Positions 17,126 through 27,242 of a stretch of DNA of 64,000 nucleotides are shown one piece after another. Positions within the stretch are counted from its first letter, which is position 1. Each line of letters opens with the position of its first letter. The notes beneath the pieces are model-generated. The model did not search any database. It saw only the letters and a program-made list of their open reading frames with translations, and had not been told where the DNA came from. Source of the DNA: an uncultured Acidobacteriota bacterium (GTDB taxonomy: Bacteria > Acidobacteriota > Vicinamibacteria > Vicinamibacterales > CAVVIG01). A program made the position numbers and the translations under genes. The stretch covers positions 98,237 to 162,236 of the forward strand of contig CAWEDP010000003.1 in NCBI GenBank assembly GCA_963807925.1, written 5' to 3'.

Positions 17126-18373
17126 CTACTCCCCGCTCCCGAGGAACGCGACGGTCTTCTCGACCAGCCGCAGGTACGCGCGGATCGTCGCCTCGAGGTG
17201 CTCGCGGGGCGTGTCCTCCTCCTTGCAGTGCGACAGGCCGTTGGCTGAATACGCGAACATCATGACGACCGGCATGTGCGGCACCATTTCCGCGGCGTCA
17301 TGCAGCGGTCCGGACGGCAGGAGCGGTGCGCTTCCGGTTTCCTCGCGCACGGCCTGCTCGCACATCTCGATGAGGTCACGGTCGAAGGGGCGCGGATCGA
17401 TCCGCCACAGCGGCCTCCACTCGACGCTGACGCGGTTGGCGGCGGCAGCGCGTTCCGACGCGTCGCGCGCCTCACGGACCATCGCGGCGAGGACGGCGGC
17501 GTCGAGCGCCCGCTGATCGAGCGAGATCTCGCAGACCCCCGGCACCGCCGTCACGATCTTCGGCTCCACGTTCACGACGCCGACGGTGCAGACGACGCGC
17601 GCGTCCGCGGTGGAGTGGCGCAGTCCGATGTCGCGGCAGGCCAGCGCCGTCTCCGCTGCGGCGAGGAACGCGTCCCGCCGCATCGGAATCGGCGTGGATC
17701 CGGAGTGCGCGGCCTGCCCGGTGAATCGCAGCATGTGCCGCTCCACGCCGAAGGTACCGACCACGACCCCGGTCGGCTGCCGGAGCGACTCGAGGACGGG
17801 CCCCTGCTCGATGTGCAGTTCGAGGTAGGCGCGCGCGTCAATCGTCTTCAGCTCGTCGTGCGCCGCCAGCATGCGATCGATGGCCACGCCGTTCTCGGCG
17901 AGCGCATCGGTGAGCCGCGTGCCCTCGCGGTCGGTCAGGTCTCGGATGTCGGCGACCTGCAGGGTGCCCGATGCCGCCGACGATCCCAGAAGGCTGCGGC
18001 CGAACCGCGCGCCCTCCTCATCCGCCCAATCGACGAGCCGCATCGTGATCGGCCGCTCGGATGCGGCGTACAGACGAAGCGCCTCCAGGGCGGCGAGCAC
18101 GCCCAGGCAGCCGTCCAGCCAGCCGCCGTTCGGCACCGAGTCGAGATGGCTGCCCACGATCACGGTCTTGCGCGACCGGCCGGGCAGCGTCACCCAGTTG
18201 TTGCCCGCCGAATCGGTGGAGACGGCGAGGCCCAGTTCGGCGACCTTTCCCTTGAACCAGCCGCGCGCCTCGCGCCACACCGGTCCCCAGGCAAGCCGCT
18301 GCGCGCCGGCGGGGGTGGACGTCCGTCCGGCGAGCTCTCCGAGATCGCCGATCACGCGTTCCGCGCTCGTCAT
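17126..18373 (-). CDS. Zn-dependent amidohydrolase (M20; allantoate/N-carbamoyl-amino acid hydrolase family)
   Basis: GSHLDSVPNGGWLDG, DEEGARFG, ELHIEQGPVL, HSG, SGPLHDA, SHCKEE; start at MTSAERV. Confidence 0.9.
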   Translation of the reverse strand: MTSAERVIGDLGELAGRTSTPAGAQRLAWGPVWREARGWFKGKVAELGLAVSTDSAGNNWVTLPGRSRKTVIVGSHLDSVPNGGWLDGCLGVLAALEALRLYAASERPITMRLVDWADEEGARFGRSLLGSSAASGTLQVADIRDLTDREGTRLTDALAENGVAIDRMLAAHDELKTIDARAYLELHIEQGPVLESLRQPTGVVVGTFGVERHMLRFTGQAAHSGSTPIPMRRDAFLAAAETALACRDIGLRHSTADARVVCTVGVVNVEPKIVTAVPGVCEISLDQRALDAAVLAAMVREARDASERAAAANRVSVEWRPLWRIDPRPFDRDLIEMCEQAVREETGSAPLLPSGPLHDAAEMVPHMPVVMMFAYSANGLSHCKEEDTPREHLEATIRAYLRLVEKTVAFLGSGE

Positions 18374-18397
18374 ATGAGGCCTCCGGCTGCCGCTGTC

Positions 18398-18426
18398 TTG
18401 ACTTGCCAGGCTCGTGCGCCTAGACT
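18398..18426 (+). promoter_or_regulatory. sigma70-type promoter
   Basis: TTGACT-17 nt-TAGACT, 6 nt before GTG 18433. Confidence 0.65.
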
Positions 18427-18432
18427 CGTTTT

Positions 18433-18732
18433 GTGGCATCAGATCAGAAGGGGAAGCAGATCGATGGCCCTGCGGCACTAGAGCAAGCGCGCAAGGCGGT
18501 CAAGCGTCTGCTCTTGCTTGGCGTTGCCATGTTGTTCTTGGCTGGATACGCTCTCTACGCAATTTTCAACGCCACGAACCCCTTGGTGTTGCTTGCCGTT
18601 GCGGCCGGCTTAACTGCAGGAGCCGTGGCGTGGACGTTTAGCGCAGCGAGGGCGATGCGAGCCGTTGCTCGTTCCCCGGAGCCGGAAAGCGCGCACTCCC
18701 GCATTTCGGTCTTCGTCACCAAGACTGCTTGA
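18433..18732 (+). CDS. small 2-TM hypothetical membrane protein
   Basis: two hydrophobic helices, directly behind a good promoter, stop overlaps the next start (TTGA). Confidence 0.6.
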   Translation: MASDQKGKQIDGPAALEQARKAVKRLLLLGVAMLFLAGYALYAIFNATNPLVLLAVAAGLTAGAVAWTFSAARAMRAVARSPEPESAHSRISVFVTKTA

Positions 18733-19130
18733 ACAGACCACTGGCCCTGCTTTCAGTGGCCGGGCTCATAGTGTTGTCGTTCCTCACGGCGCTGATCGCC
18801 GCTCGGGTCTATCAAGTTATCATGTACGACGGAGTCGTAAGCGAAGCGAGCTTGATAGAATCAGCCAATTTCGCGGTCCAAACCATCACGACTGTGGGCT
18901 ATGGCAATTGGGAGACCCCTTACAGGCCGCCAGAAACAAATCCCGCCACTGAGCCGTCGGATCCCGCCGCCAAGGCACAATTCATCGCCGCCAGGCGTGC
19001 TGCCGAAGATGAGGCCGCCCGCACGCGGCTGAGAATGCGCAAGTATTCCATTGCCTTCATGCTGGCCGGATCGACCTTCTTCACGCTGTTGATCGGAATG
19101 GTGGTGGCGGTGCTCACCATTAGTGAATAG
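18729..19130 (+). CDS. minimal potassium-channel pore protein (TM-pore-TM)
   Basis: FAVQTITTVGYGN selectivity-filter signature between two hydrophobic helices. Confidence 0.75.
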   Translation: MNRPLALLSVAGLIVLSFLTALIAARVYQVIMYDGVVSEASLIESANFAVQTITTVGYGNWETPYRPPETNPATEPSDPAAKAQFIAARRAAEDEAARTRLRMRKYSIAFMLAGSTFFTLLIGMVVAVLTISE

Positions 19131-19259
19131 GCCCCAGCTTCCACACAGGGTGCATCACTCAGAGACGGTCTCGATCGAAATCTGAGCCTGCTACGGTCAA
19201 GGCGAAACAAGACACGACCCGTGTGCGGACCGCCGAGACAGGGATGCTACCATTCGGTG

Positions 19260-20438
19260 GTGCGTACGATCACGACCACATGCCGCGTGGCGGTGATTGC
19301 CAGCTCGGTCACCATTGCCGTTGCCGCCCAGCAGCCGGTTCCACCGCCGACCCTCGTTGCCGTCCGCCCGATTGAGCCGCCTGCGACGAGGTTGCCGCCC
19401 GAATCGGCCTCTCGGGGCGAGACGCGGTTCTCGTTCATCTCGTACGGCGATACGCGGAGCCAGGTGGACGGTCAGGCGCTGCAACCGGATCACAGCGCCG
19501 TCGTCAGCGCGATGCTGGCGAAGATCGCGACGCTCGCGTCGACGAGGTTCCCGGTGCGGTTCGTGGTGCATTCCGGCGACGCGGTCATGAACGGCGTGAA
19601 CGGCGCCGCCTGGAACACGAGCTTCATTCCGCTCGTCGAGCGCATCACACGAGAGGCGAACGTGCCGTTCTTTTTCGCCGCCGGCAACCACGACGTGGCG
19701 TACTCCGGCGCCAGCTCGCGCGCGGAGGGCCTTCACGCCCTGCTGTCGGCCAACGGCCGGCTGATTCCGCCTGAAGGGTCGCCGCGGCGGCTTGCGGGGT
19801 ACGCGACGTACGCGTTCGGGTACGGCAGCGTGTTCGTTGTCGTGATCGATTCCAACGTGGCTGCCGATCCGCTGCAGCTGGCGTGGATTACCGACGAGCT
19901 CCAGCACCTCGACCGGGGCCGCTACCGGCACGTGGTCGCTGTCTTCCATCATCCGCTCGTGTCGTCCGGCCCGCACGGCGGGGCGGCGCCGGGCGGCGCG
20001 GCGCCGGCCGCCGATCAGGCGCCGGGCGCCGACAACGTCGAGCGCCCGATTGCCGAGATGCGGAGGGTGTACGCGCCGCTGTTCCGGCGGTTTCATGTCC
20101 GGCTGACCCTGTCCGGCCACGAGCATCTGTACGAGCACTGGGTCGAGCGGTACACCGATGGCGGCGTCGCCTACCGAAGGGACGATGTCGTGAGCGGGGG
20201 CGGCGGGGCGCCAATCTATACCTATCGCGGCGAACCGGAGGTCCGGCAGTACCTCGCCGCCGGCGCAGACGAGAACCTGCAGCTCGAGCATGTCGTGAAG
20301 CCGGGGATCACCGCCGCGGAGAACCCGCACCACTTCGTCGTGATCCAGGTCGATGGCGACCATCTGTCGCTCGAGATCGTGAGCGTTGGCGCGCCGCTCG
20401 CGCCGTACGGCGGCACGGCGCGGACTTCGCTCAATTGA
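19260..20438 (+). CDS. secreted calcineurin-like metallophosphoesterase
   Basis: YGD, HSGD, GNHD, FHHP, SGHEH motifs; start put at GTG 19260, 6 nt after TACCAT. Confidence 0.88.
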   Translation: MRTITTTCRVAVIASSVTIAVAAQQPVPPPTLVAVRPIEPPATRLPPESASRGETRFSFISYGDTRSQVDGQALQPDHSAVVSAMLAKIATLASTRFPVRFVVHSGDAVMNGVNGAAWNTSFIPLVERITREANVPFFFAAGNHDVAYSGASSRAEGLHALLSANGRLIPPEGSPRRLAGYATYAFGYGSVFVVVIDSNVAADPLQLAWITDELQHLDRGRYRHVVAVFHHPLVSSGPHGGAAPGGAAPAADQAPGADNVERPIAEMRRVYAPLFRRFHVRLTLSGHEHLYEHWVERYTDGGVAYRRDDVVSGGGGAPIYTYRGEPEVRQYLAAGADENLQLEHVVKPGITAAENPHHFVVIQVDGDHLSLEIVSVGAPLAPYGGTARTSLN

Positions 20439-20472
20439 CGGTTCACGGGTCGATCGAGTCACGGATCGGCTG

Positions 20473-21795
20473 CTACACAGCGCTCGACGTGTGGCGCGGC
20501 ACGGTGTGCGCGCGGGGTGAGGGTGGCGAATCGCCCATCGTCCGGGTAGGGTCTACCGCCAGCCACGCGACGGCGCCGACGGCGTAGACGACCGCCGTGA
20601 CGAGAAACGGAATCGTCCACGAGTGCAGGCGCTCCACGGACCAGCCGGCGACCCACGGCGCGACGAGGCCCCCCAGGTTGCCGAACGTGTTCATCAGGCC
20701 GGTGATGACGCCGGCGTGCGAGGCCGCGAGATCGAGCGGCGCGGCCCACGCCGCGCTGAGCGCCAGGTCGGCCGATCCGAGCGCCATCGCCAGCAGCGCG
20801 GCCTTGGCGGCAGCGACGGGCGTCGCCGTCGAAGCCAGCAGCAGCGCGGCGCTGGCCAGGAACGCCGCGCAGCCGAGGCCGCCGCGGGCGGCACCCAGTC
20901 CGCGCGTTCGCGCAAGACGGTCGGTGAGCCAGCCGCCGACCACGTCCGCGATCCCGGCGAGCAGAAAGGGAAGCGACGCGAAGAAGCCGCCGCCGAGCGC
21001 GGAAAACCCGAGCTCGGTGATGAGATACGTCGGCAGCCACGTCAGGTAGAAGTACAGCCCGTAGCCGTACGCGCTGTACATGACGCAGACGGCCCAGACG
21101 CTGCGGCTGGCGGCGATGGCGTGCCACGGCGTGGGGCCGGCCTGCGCCGCCTGTGGACCGTCCTGCTGAATCCAGGCGAGCTCCGCGGCATTCACGCCCG
21201 GGTGGTCGGCCGGACGATCGCGGTACCACCACGCCCACGCCAGCGCCCAGACGAGCCCGATGGCGCCGAAGGCGACGAAGCTGAGCCGCCATCCCGCGCG
21301 GGCGATCAGCAGAAGCGCGATCGGCGCCGACAACATGCCGCCCAGCCGGGAGCCGAGAAACATGACCCCGCTGGCGCGGCCGCGCTCGCGCTCGGGGAAC
21401 CATCGCGCGAAGCTCCTGATGATGTTCGGGAACGCGCCGGCCTCGCCGGCGCCAAAGAGGAACCGGATGGCCAGCAGCGATCGCAGGCCCTGGGCGGCGC
21501 CCGTCAGCATCGTGAAGGCCGACCACCAGACGACGATTCGCGTCAGCACGCGCCGCGGACCGCGTACGTCGCCAAGCCACCCCGACGGAATCTCGAACAG
21601 CGAGTACGCCAGGATGAAGGCGCTGAAGACAGCGCTCATCTGCAGAACGGAGATGTGGAGCTCCGCCATGATCGCCGGCGCCGCCGCCGAGATGCAGACG
21701 CGATCGAGATAAGTGACGACGGTCAGCAGAAACGCCAGGACGAGGACCCGGATCCGGACGCGAGTGGGCGCAGCCATCGAGGTGCCCGACATCAT
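20473..21795 (-). CDS. MFS transporter (anion:cation symporter-like)
   Basis: YLDRVCIS, FEIPSGWLGD, GAGEAGAFP, WFPERERG. Confidence 0.92.
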   Translation of the reverse strand: MMSGTSMAAPTRVRIRVLVLAFLLTVVTYLDRVCISAAAPAIMAELHISVLQMSAVFSAFILAYSLFEIPSGWLGDVRGPRRVLTRIVVWWSAFTMLTGAAQGLRSLLAIRFLFGAGEAGAFPNIIRSFARWFPERERGRASGVMFLGSRLGGMLSAPIALLLIARAGWRLSFVAFGAIGLVWALAWAWWYRDRPADHPGVNAAELAWIQQDGPQAAQAGPTPWHAIAASRSVWAVCVMYSAYGYGLYFYLTWLPTYLITELGFSALGGGFFASLPFLLAGIADVVGGWLTDRLARTRGLGAARGGLGCAAFLASAALLLASTATPVAAAKAALLAMALGSADLALSAAWAAPLDLAASHAGVITGLMNTFGNLGGLVAPWVAGWSVERLHSWTIPFLVTAVVYAVGAVAWLAVDPTRTMGDSPPSPRAHTVPRHTSSAV

Positions 21796-21845
21796 GCCAT
21801 CGCCGTCAATTCCTCTTCGTCATTCCCAATTCATAATCCGTCACA

Positions 21846-23171
21846 ATGCCCACCATGCCGGCCACCTCCGATCTCGCGACCGCCGTTCTCAAAGCGCGGC
21901 GGCGCCTCGTGCCCTTCCTCTTCCTGCTGTACATCGTCGCCTATCTCGACCGCGTGAACGTCGGGTTCGCCGCGCTGCAGATGAACGCCGCGCTCGGCTT
22001 GTCGGCCACGTCGTTCGCGATCGGCGCCGGCGTCTTCTTCGTCGGCTACACCGTGTTCGAGATTCCCAGCAACGTGGTGCTGGCGCGCGTGGGCGCCCGG
22101 GTGTGGATTGCACGGATCATGATCACGTGGGGCCTCGTCTCGGCCGGGATGATGTTCGTCGCGACCGCGTCGGCGTTCCACGTCATGCGTTTCGTGCTCG
22201 GGGTGGCCGAAGCGGGATTTTTTCCAGGAATCATCTTCTTTCTGACGCGCTGGTTCCCCGAGCGCGAACGAGCGCGTACCGTTGCGGCGTTCATGACGGC
22301 GGTGCTCGCCGCCGGCATCGTCGGCGGTCCGCTGTCGGGAGCGCTCCTGTCGCTGGACGGCGTCGGCGGGCTCGCCGGCTGGAAGTGGCTGTTCCTGCTC
22401 GAAGGCCTGCCGGCCGTGGCGCTCGGCGGCGTCGTGCTCCGCGTGCTCGTCGAGACGCCGGACGCCGCGCCCTGGCTCAGCGCGGTCGAACGGCAGGCGC
22501 TGGCGGCGCGGCTCGCGGAGGAGTCGCGTGCGCGGGCCGACATCCCGCAGAGCCTCGCCGCGGCGCTCACGAGCGGACCCGTCTGGCTCCTGGCGACGGT
22601 GTACTTCGCCGTGCCGGTCGCGCTCTATGCGATGGGCTTCTGGCTGCCGCAGATCGTCAAGCAGGCGTCGCACGGCAGCAATTTCACGATCGGAGTGCTG
22701 AGCGCGATTCCCTACACGGTCGGCGCCGTGGGGATGATCGTCGCGGGCCGGCACTCGGATCGCACCGGTGAACGGCGCTGGCACGTGGCGGTCGCGGCTG
22801 CCGTCGGCGGCGCCGCGTTCGCGGCGAGCGCGTTGGTCGGCTCGCTCGCCTGGTCGATTGCGCTGCTGTCGGTCGCGATGCTCGGGCTCGCGTCGATGTT
22901 CGGGCCGTTCTGGACGCTGGCCACGCAGGCCGTCCGCGGCCTGGGGGCCGCCGCGGGCATCGCGCTCATCAACTCGGTCGGGAACGTCGGCGGGTTCGTC
23001 GGACCGTACATCATCGGCTACCTCCGCGACGCGACCGGCAGTTTCGCAGCCGGCCTCGTGGCCGTCGGCGCCATCCTCGCCACCGGAGGCCTCCTCGTGC
23101 TGCTGGTCCGCGACGGCCCTCTGCCGTTGCCTACCGGTTCGGGTTCACCCGCGGCTTCAGGACGGTCGTGA
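21846..23171 (+). CDS. MFS transporter (TtuB/HpaX-like organic acid permease)
   Basis: YLDRVNVGFAAL, FEIPSN, WIARIMITWG, AEAGFFPG, WLFLLEGLP. Confidence 0.92.
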   Translation: MPTMPATSDLATAVLKARRRLVPFLFLLYIVAYLDRVNVGFAALQMNAALGLSATSFAIGAGVFFVGYTVFEIPSNVVLARVGARVWIARIMITWGLVSAGMMFVATASAFHVMRFVLGVAEAGFFPGIIFFLTRWFPERERARTVAAFMTAVLAAGIVGGPLSGALLSLDGVGGLAGWKWLFLLEGLPAVALGGVVLRVLVETPDAAPWLSAVERQALAARLAEESRARADIPQSLAAALTSGPVWLLATVYFAVPVALYAMGFWLPQIVKQASHGSNFTIGVLSAIPYTVGAVGMIVAGRHSDRTGERRWHVAVAAAVGGAAFAASALVGSLAWSIALLSVAMLGLASMFGPFWTLATQAVRGLGAAAGIALINSVGNVGGFVGPYIIGYLRDATGSFAAGLVAVGAILATGGLLVLLVRDGPLPLPTGSGSPAASGRS

Positions 23172-24048
23172 TGAATCGGTGCGTCGGCGTGGGTACGCCG
23201 AGCTCGCGGCCGATCCGCACGACCGCCCCGCTCAGCCACGGGAGCTCGAGTGGCCGCCCGCGCTCGAGATCTTCGAGCATCGACGACTTCGCGCCCGCCG
23301 GCAACGCATGAAGGCTCGGCACGATGTCGTCCAGCGTGCCGGTCGGCAGGTGGATCCCTTTCGCGTGCGCGACGGCCAGGCCCTCGAGGGCCGCCGCCAG
23401 ACAGAGCGCGACCAGATCGGGATCGTCGCGGATCTCGCCGATCGGGGAGCGCGTCACGGCCGTCACGCCGCTGAACATCGACAGCCAGACGAATTTCGTC
23501 CAGATGTCGGCCTCGATGCGATCGCTGAGGTGTGCGTCGATGCCGGACGAGCGGCACACTTCGAGCAGGTGACCCAGCCGCGCCGACCGTGCGCCGTCGA
23601 GCTCGCCGAAGGTCAGCCGCTGGTTGGCTGTATGGCGGATGACGCCCGGCTCCGCGATCACCGCCGCGACGTACGCCGTGCCGCCGACCGTGTGTGCCGG
23701 CCCCACCGTCCCGACGAGCCGCTCCACCGTCTCGACGCCGTTCTGGAACGGCACGACCGCCGTGTCGGATCCGACGAGCGGCGACAGCAGACCGAGCGCC
23801 TGATCGGTGTCGTACAGCTTGACCGTGAAGAACACGAAGTCCACCGGTCCGATGTCGGCCGGGTTGTCGGTCGCGGCGACGTGAGGAATGTGGGCGTCGC
23901 CGGCCGGACTCAGGATGTGGAGCCCCCCCGTTCTGAGCGCCTGGAGATGCGCCCCCCGCGCGATGAACGCGACGTCCCAGCCGGACGCGGCGAGCCGTCC
24001 GCCGAAGTAGCCGCCTACACCGCCGCTGCCGAGGACCGCGATGCGCAC
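23131..24048 (-). CDS. panE: 2-dehydropantoate 2-reductase
   Basis: RIAVLGSGGVGGYFGG, VKLYD, QNGV, WTKF, SSMLEDLERGRPLE; GTG 24048 is 6 nt after TACAAT. Confidence 0.9.
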   Translation of the reverse strand: MRIAVLGSGGVGGYFGGRLAASGWDVAFIARGAHLQALRTGGLHILSPAGDAHIPHVAATDNPADIGPVDFVFFTVKLYDTDQALGLLSPLVGSDTAVVPFQNGVETVERLVGTVGPAHTVGGTAYVAAVIAEPGVIRHTANQRLTFGELDGARSARLGHLLEVCRSSGIDAHLSDRIEADIWTKFVWLSMFSGVTAVTRSPIGEIRDDPDLVALCLAAALEGLAVAHAKGIHLPTGTLDDIVPSLHALPAGAKSSMLEDLERGRPLELPWLSGAVVRIGRELGVPTPTHRFITTVLKPRVNPNR

Positions 24049-24168
24049 CCCGACATTGTAGATGGCTCCCGCTCGACGAAGCACGTGGACCTCGGGCGTT
24101 CGAGCGCTCCGGCTTTGACTGCAAGAAACGGATAGCGTCGGTTCGGCCGAACGCGGGATAGTGGATCC

Positions 24169-25200
24169 GTGAACGCGAAGTGGCGCGCCGTACTGGCGCG
24201 GGACCGCCGGGCGGATGGGACGTTCGTCTATGCCGTGCGGTCGACCGGCATCTACTGCAAACCATCGTGCGCCAGCCGCAAACCGCGGCGGGATCGGGTG
24301 GCGTTCTATCGCACCCCGGCCGCCGCCGAGCGGCAGGGGTTCCGCCCGTGCCGCCGCTGCCGTCCTGCATCGCCGCCAACGATCGACCGCTGGCTCGAGC
24401 GAATCCGACGCGCGTGCGCGTACCTCGACGACCTCGACCACTCTGCCCGACTGGCGACGCTCGCCGCGCATGTGGGCGGCAGCCCGTACCAAGTGCAGCG
24501 ACACTTCAAGCGGCTCGTCGGGATCACGCCGAGAGCGTACGTCGAGGCGCGACGGCTCGGCGCGATCAGACGCGACTTGCGGAACGGCGGCCGGGTGACG
24601 GACGCCATCTTCGACGCGGGATTCGGATCGAGCAGCCGGTTCTACGAGCGATCGGCGGCGATGCTGGGCATGGCGCCGGCGACGTACCGGCGCGGAGGCG
24701 GGGGCATGGATATCCGGTACACCATCGTGGACTCGAGCCTGGGGAACGTGCTCGTCGCGGCAACAGTGCGGGGCGTCTGCGCAATCGCGATGGGCGAGTC
24801 CGAGGCCGCACTCGCGGGCGAGCTGGCCCGTCAGTACCCGTCGGCGACCATCGAGCGCGACGCGGGCCCGCTCGCCGAGTGGGCCGGCGAAGTCGTGGCG
24901 CGAGTCAACGGCAGCAGGCCCCGGATCCAGCTCCCGCTGGATGTCCAGGCCACGGCGTTTCAATGGCAGGTCTGGCAGGCGCTTGCGGCCATTCCATTCG
25001 GGCAGACGCGAACCTACGGCGAGATTGCCGGTCTCGTCGGCCGCCCGCGGGCCGTCCGGGCCGTGGCGCGCGCCTGCGGCGCGAACCCGGCCGCCGTGGC
25101 GATTCCGTGTCATCGGGCTCTCGGCGCATCGGGGGCGCTGACGGGCTACCGGTGGGGCCTGCACCGAAAACGAGCGCTGCTGCGCCACGAACGCGGGTGA
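24169..25200 (+). CDS. ada: bifunctional transcriptional activator / O6-methylguanine-DNA methyltransferase
   Basis: N-terminal GIYCKPSC..FRPCRRC Zn site, AraC HTH, C-terminal IPCHR. Confidence 0.93.
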   Translation: MNAKWRAVLARDRRADGTFVYAVRSTGIYCKPSCASRKPRRDRVAFYRTPAAAERQGFRPCRRCRPASPPTIDRWLERIRRACAYLDDLDHSARLATLAAHVGGSPYQVQRHFKRLVGITPRAYVEARRLGAIRRDLRNGGRVTDAIFDAGFGSSSRFYERSAAMLGMAPATYRRGGGGMDIRYTIVDSSLGNVLVAATVRGVCAIAMGESEAALAGELARQYPSATIERDAGPLAEWAGEVVARVNGSRPRIQLPLDVQATAFQWQVWQALAAIPFGQTRTYGEIAGLVGRPRAVRAVARACGANPAAVAIPCHRALGASGALTGYRWGLHRKRALLRHERG

Positions 25201-25259
25201 TGCCCACCAAGGTCCGGGCCGGCAGGCCGCCGGCTGTTCGAATGTAGAATGTTGGCCAG

Positions 25260-26480
25260 GTGACGACTTACGGCCGTTCCCCCTGGGTCGGCAGCTTCCC
25301 CAGGTCGCGGATTCCTACGTACCCCAAACAGCGCGGCACCCTCGACCACGACGCCGTCATCATCGGCGGCGGCCTGACCGGATGCGCAACGGCGTACGCG
25401 TTCGCGGCGGCCGGCGTCAACGTCCTGCTTCTCGAGGCGGATCGCATCGGGCGCGGATCGAGCGGGGCGGGCGTGGGCTGGATCGGCGGCGAGCCCGGCG
25501 TCCGCTTCGGCGCGCTGGCGCAGGCCATCGGCCTCCGCGCGGCGAGACGGGCGTGGCAGGCGTGGCATCGGGCCGGCCTCGACTTCGCCGCGCTGCTGCG
25601 CCGCCTGAATATCAAGTGCGCCCTGGAGCCGCGCGAATCGTTGACCATCGCGGTCACTCCGGAGCAGGCGGCGGCGCTCTCGCGCGATCGCAAGGCGCGG
25701 CAACAGGCCGGTCTCCATGCGCCACTGCTGACCGCACGTGCGATTGCCGCCGACGTCGGATTGTCGGCGACCTCCGGGCTGCGCGCGCACGACGGCGCCA
25801 CGCTCGATCCGTACCGGGCGACGCTCGGCCTCGCCGCCGCCGCGTCCGAGCGGGGGGCGCGGCTGTTCGAGCGATCGGCCGTCGTCAAGATCACGTTCAC
25901 CCGCCGGGTCGCCGACGTGCGGACGACGGGCGGGACCATCCGCACGCGCCGTGTGATTGTCGCCACCGGCTTTCCGAGTGCGCTCTTCAAGGGCCTGCAG
26001 CGCCATTTCTGGTTTCGCCATGTGTACTTCGCCCGGACGGCGCCGATTCCCGCGAAGGTGCGCAGGGCGCTCGGGCCGGGCGCGGCGGTCATCCGGGATG
26101 CCGCCGATCCACCGCACATCGTGCGGTGGGTGGACGGCCAGCGCCTGCTCGTGTGCGGGGCGGATCGCGCGGCGACGCCGGACCGCCAGCGCCAGAAGGT
26201 GATCGTCCAGCGCACCGGTCAGCTGATGTACGAGCTGTCCACGCTCTATCCGGAGGTCTCCGGCGTGCCGCCGGAGCACGGCTGGGACGCGCCGTACGCG
26301 CGAACGGCGGAAGGGCTGCCGTTCATCGGGCCGCATCGCAACTATCCGCATCATCTGTTCGCGTTCGGCGACTCGAGTCATACCGCCACCGGCGCGTATC
26401 TCGCGAGCCGCGTGCTGCTGCGGCACCACCTCGGGCAGCTCGAGCCGGCGGACGAGGCGTTCCGACTCCGGCTGGAGTAG
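25260..26480 (+). CDS. FAD-dependent oxidoreductase (DAO/PuuB-like)
   Basis: IIGGGLTG Rossmann motif, LLEADRIGRGSSG, VIVATG, GLPFIG. Confidence 0.85.
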   Translation: MTTYGRSPWVGSFPRSRIPTYPKQRGTLDHDAVIIGGGLTGCATAYAFAAAGVNVLLLEADRIGRGSSGAGVGWIGGEPGVRFGALAQAIGLRAARRAWQAWHRAGLDFAALLRRLNIKCALEPRESLTIAVTPEQAAALSRDRKARQQAGLHAPLLTARAIAADVGLSATSGLRAHDGATLDPYRATLGLAAAASERGARLFERSAVVKITFTRRVADVRTTGGTIRTRRVIVATGFPSALFKGLQRHFWFRHVYFARTAPIPAKVRRALGPGAAVIRDAADPPHIVRWVDGQRLLVCGADRAATPDRQRQKVIVQRTGQLMYELSTLYPEVSGVPPEHGWDAPYARTAEGLPFIGPHRNYPHHLFAFGDSSHTATGAYLASRVLLRHHLGQLEPADEAFRLRLE

Positions 26481-26537
26481 GACGAACCCTGCCGCGGTCC
26501 TCCTGCGTCCAAGCACGAGGTATTCTTCGAGCGCCGC

Positions 26538-27242
26538 ATGGCTGTCGATCTGCTGGTCTTTGGGCCGCATCCTGACGATCTGGAAATTGGTCTCGGCGGC
26601 ACGATTGCGCGCCACGTCGCGGCCGGGCTGACGGTGGGGCTGTGCGATCTGACCGGCGGCGAGATGGGCAGCAACGGCAACGTGCCGGAGCGCCTGGCCG
26701 AGAGCGAGGCGGCGCGCGCGGTGCTGGGCGCCGCGTGGCGCGACAACCTCCGGTGGCCCGACCGCCGCATCGGTCGCGATCCCGGCCACCTCGAACAGGC
26801 CGTCGCCTTCATCCGACAGCACCGGCCGCGCACGATTGCCGCGCCGTACTGGTCGGATCGCCATCCCGATCACGTGGCCGCGAGCCAGGTGATCACCGAG
26901 GCCGCGTTCAATGCCGGCCTGCGCCGCTACCCCTCGGAGGGCGAGGCCTGGAAGGCAGACTGGATCTGCTACTACTTCATCAACGACTCGGCGCCGCCGT
27001 CGTTCCTCGTCGACGTCTCGGCGCACTACGACCGCAAGCGACAGGCGCTCGACTGTCACGCGAGCCAGTTCCAGGCCGCGCTGCCCGGGGCGGCGGCCAC
27101 GCGGTTGAACACGCCGCTGTTCCGGCAGCTCATCGAGAGCCGCGACGCGCAGTTCGGCGCGCTGGCCGGCGTGGCGTGGGCCGAGGGCCTCGTCGTGCGC
27201 GAGCCGCTGCTTCGATCCAGCCTCCTGAGACCCATCGCATGA
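26538..27242 (+). CDS. bshB1: bacillithiol biosynthesis deacetylase
   Basis: PHPDDLE, DLTGGEMGSNG, DRHPDH, HASQF; ATGA overlap with bshA. Confidence 0.88.
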   Translation: MAVDLLVFGPHPDDLEIGLGGTIARHVAAGLTVGLCDLTGGEMGSNGNVPERLAESEAARAVLGAAWRDNLRWPDRRIGRDPGHLEQAVAFIRQHRPRTIAAPYWSDRHPDHVAASQVITEAAFNAGLRRYPSEGEAWKADWICYYFINDSAPPSFLVDVSAHYDRKRQALDCHASQFQAALPGAAATRLNTPLFRQLIESRDAQFGALAGVAWAEGLVVREPLLRSSLLRPIA

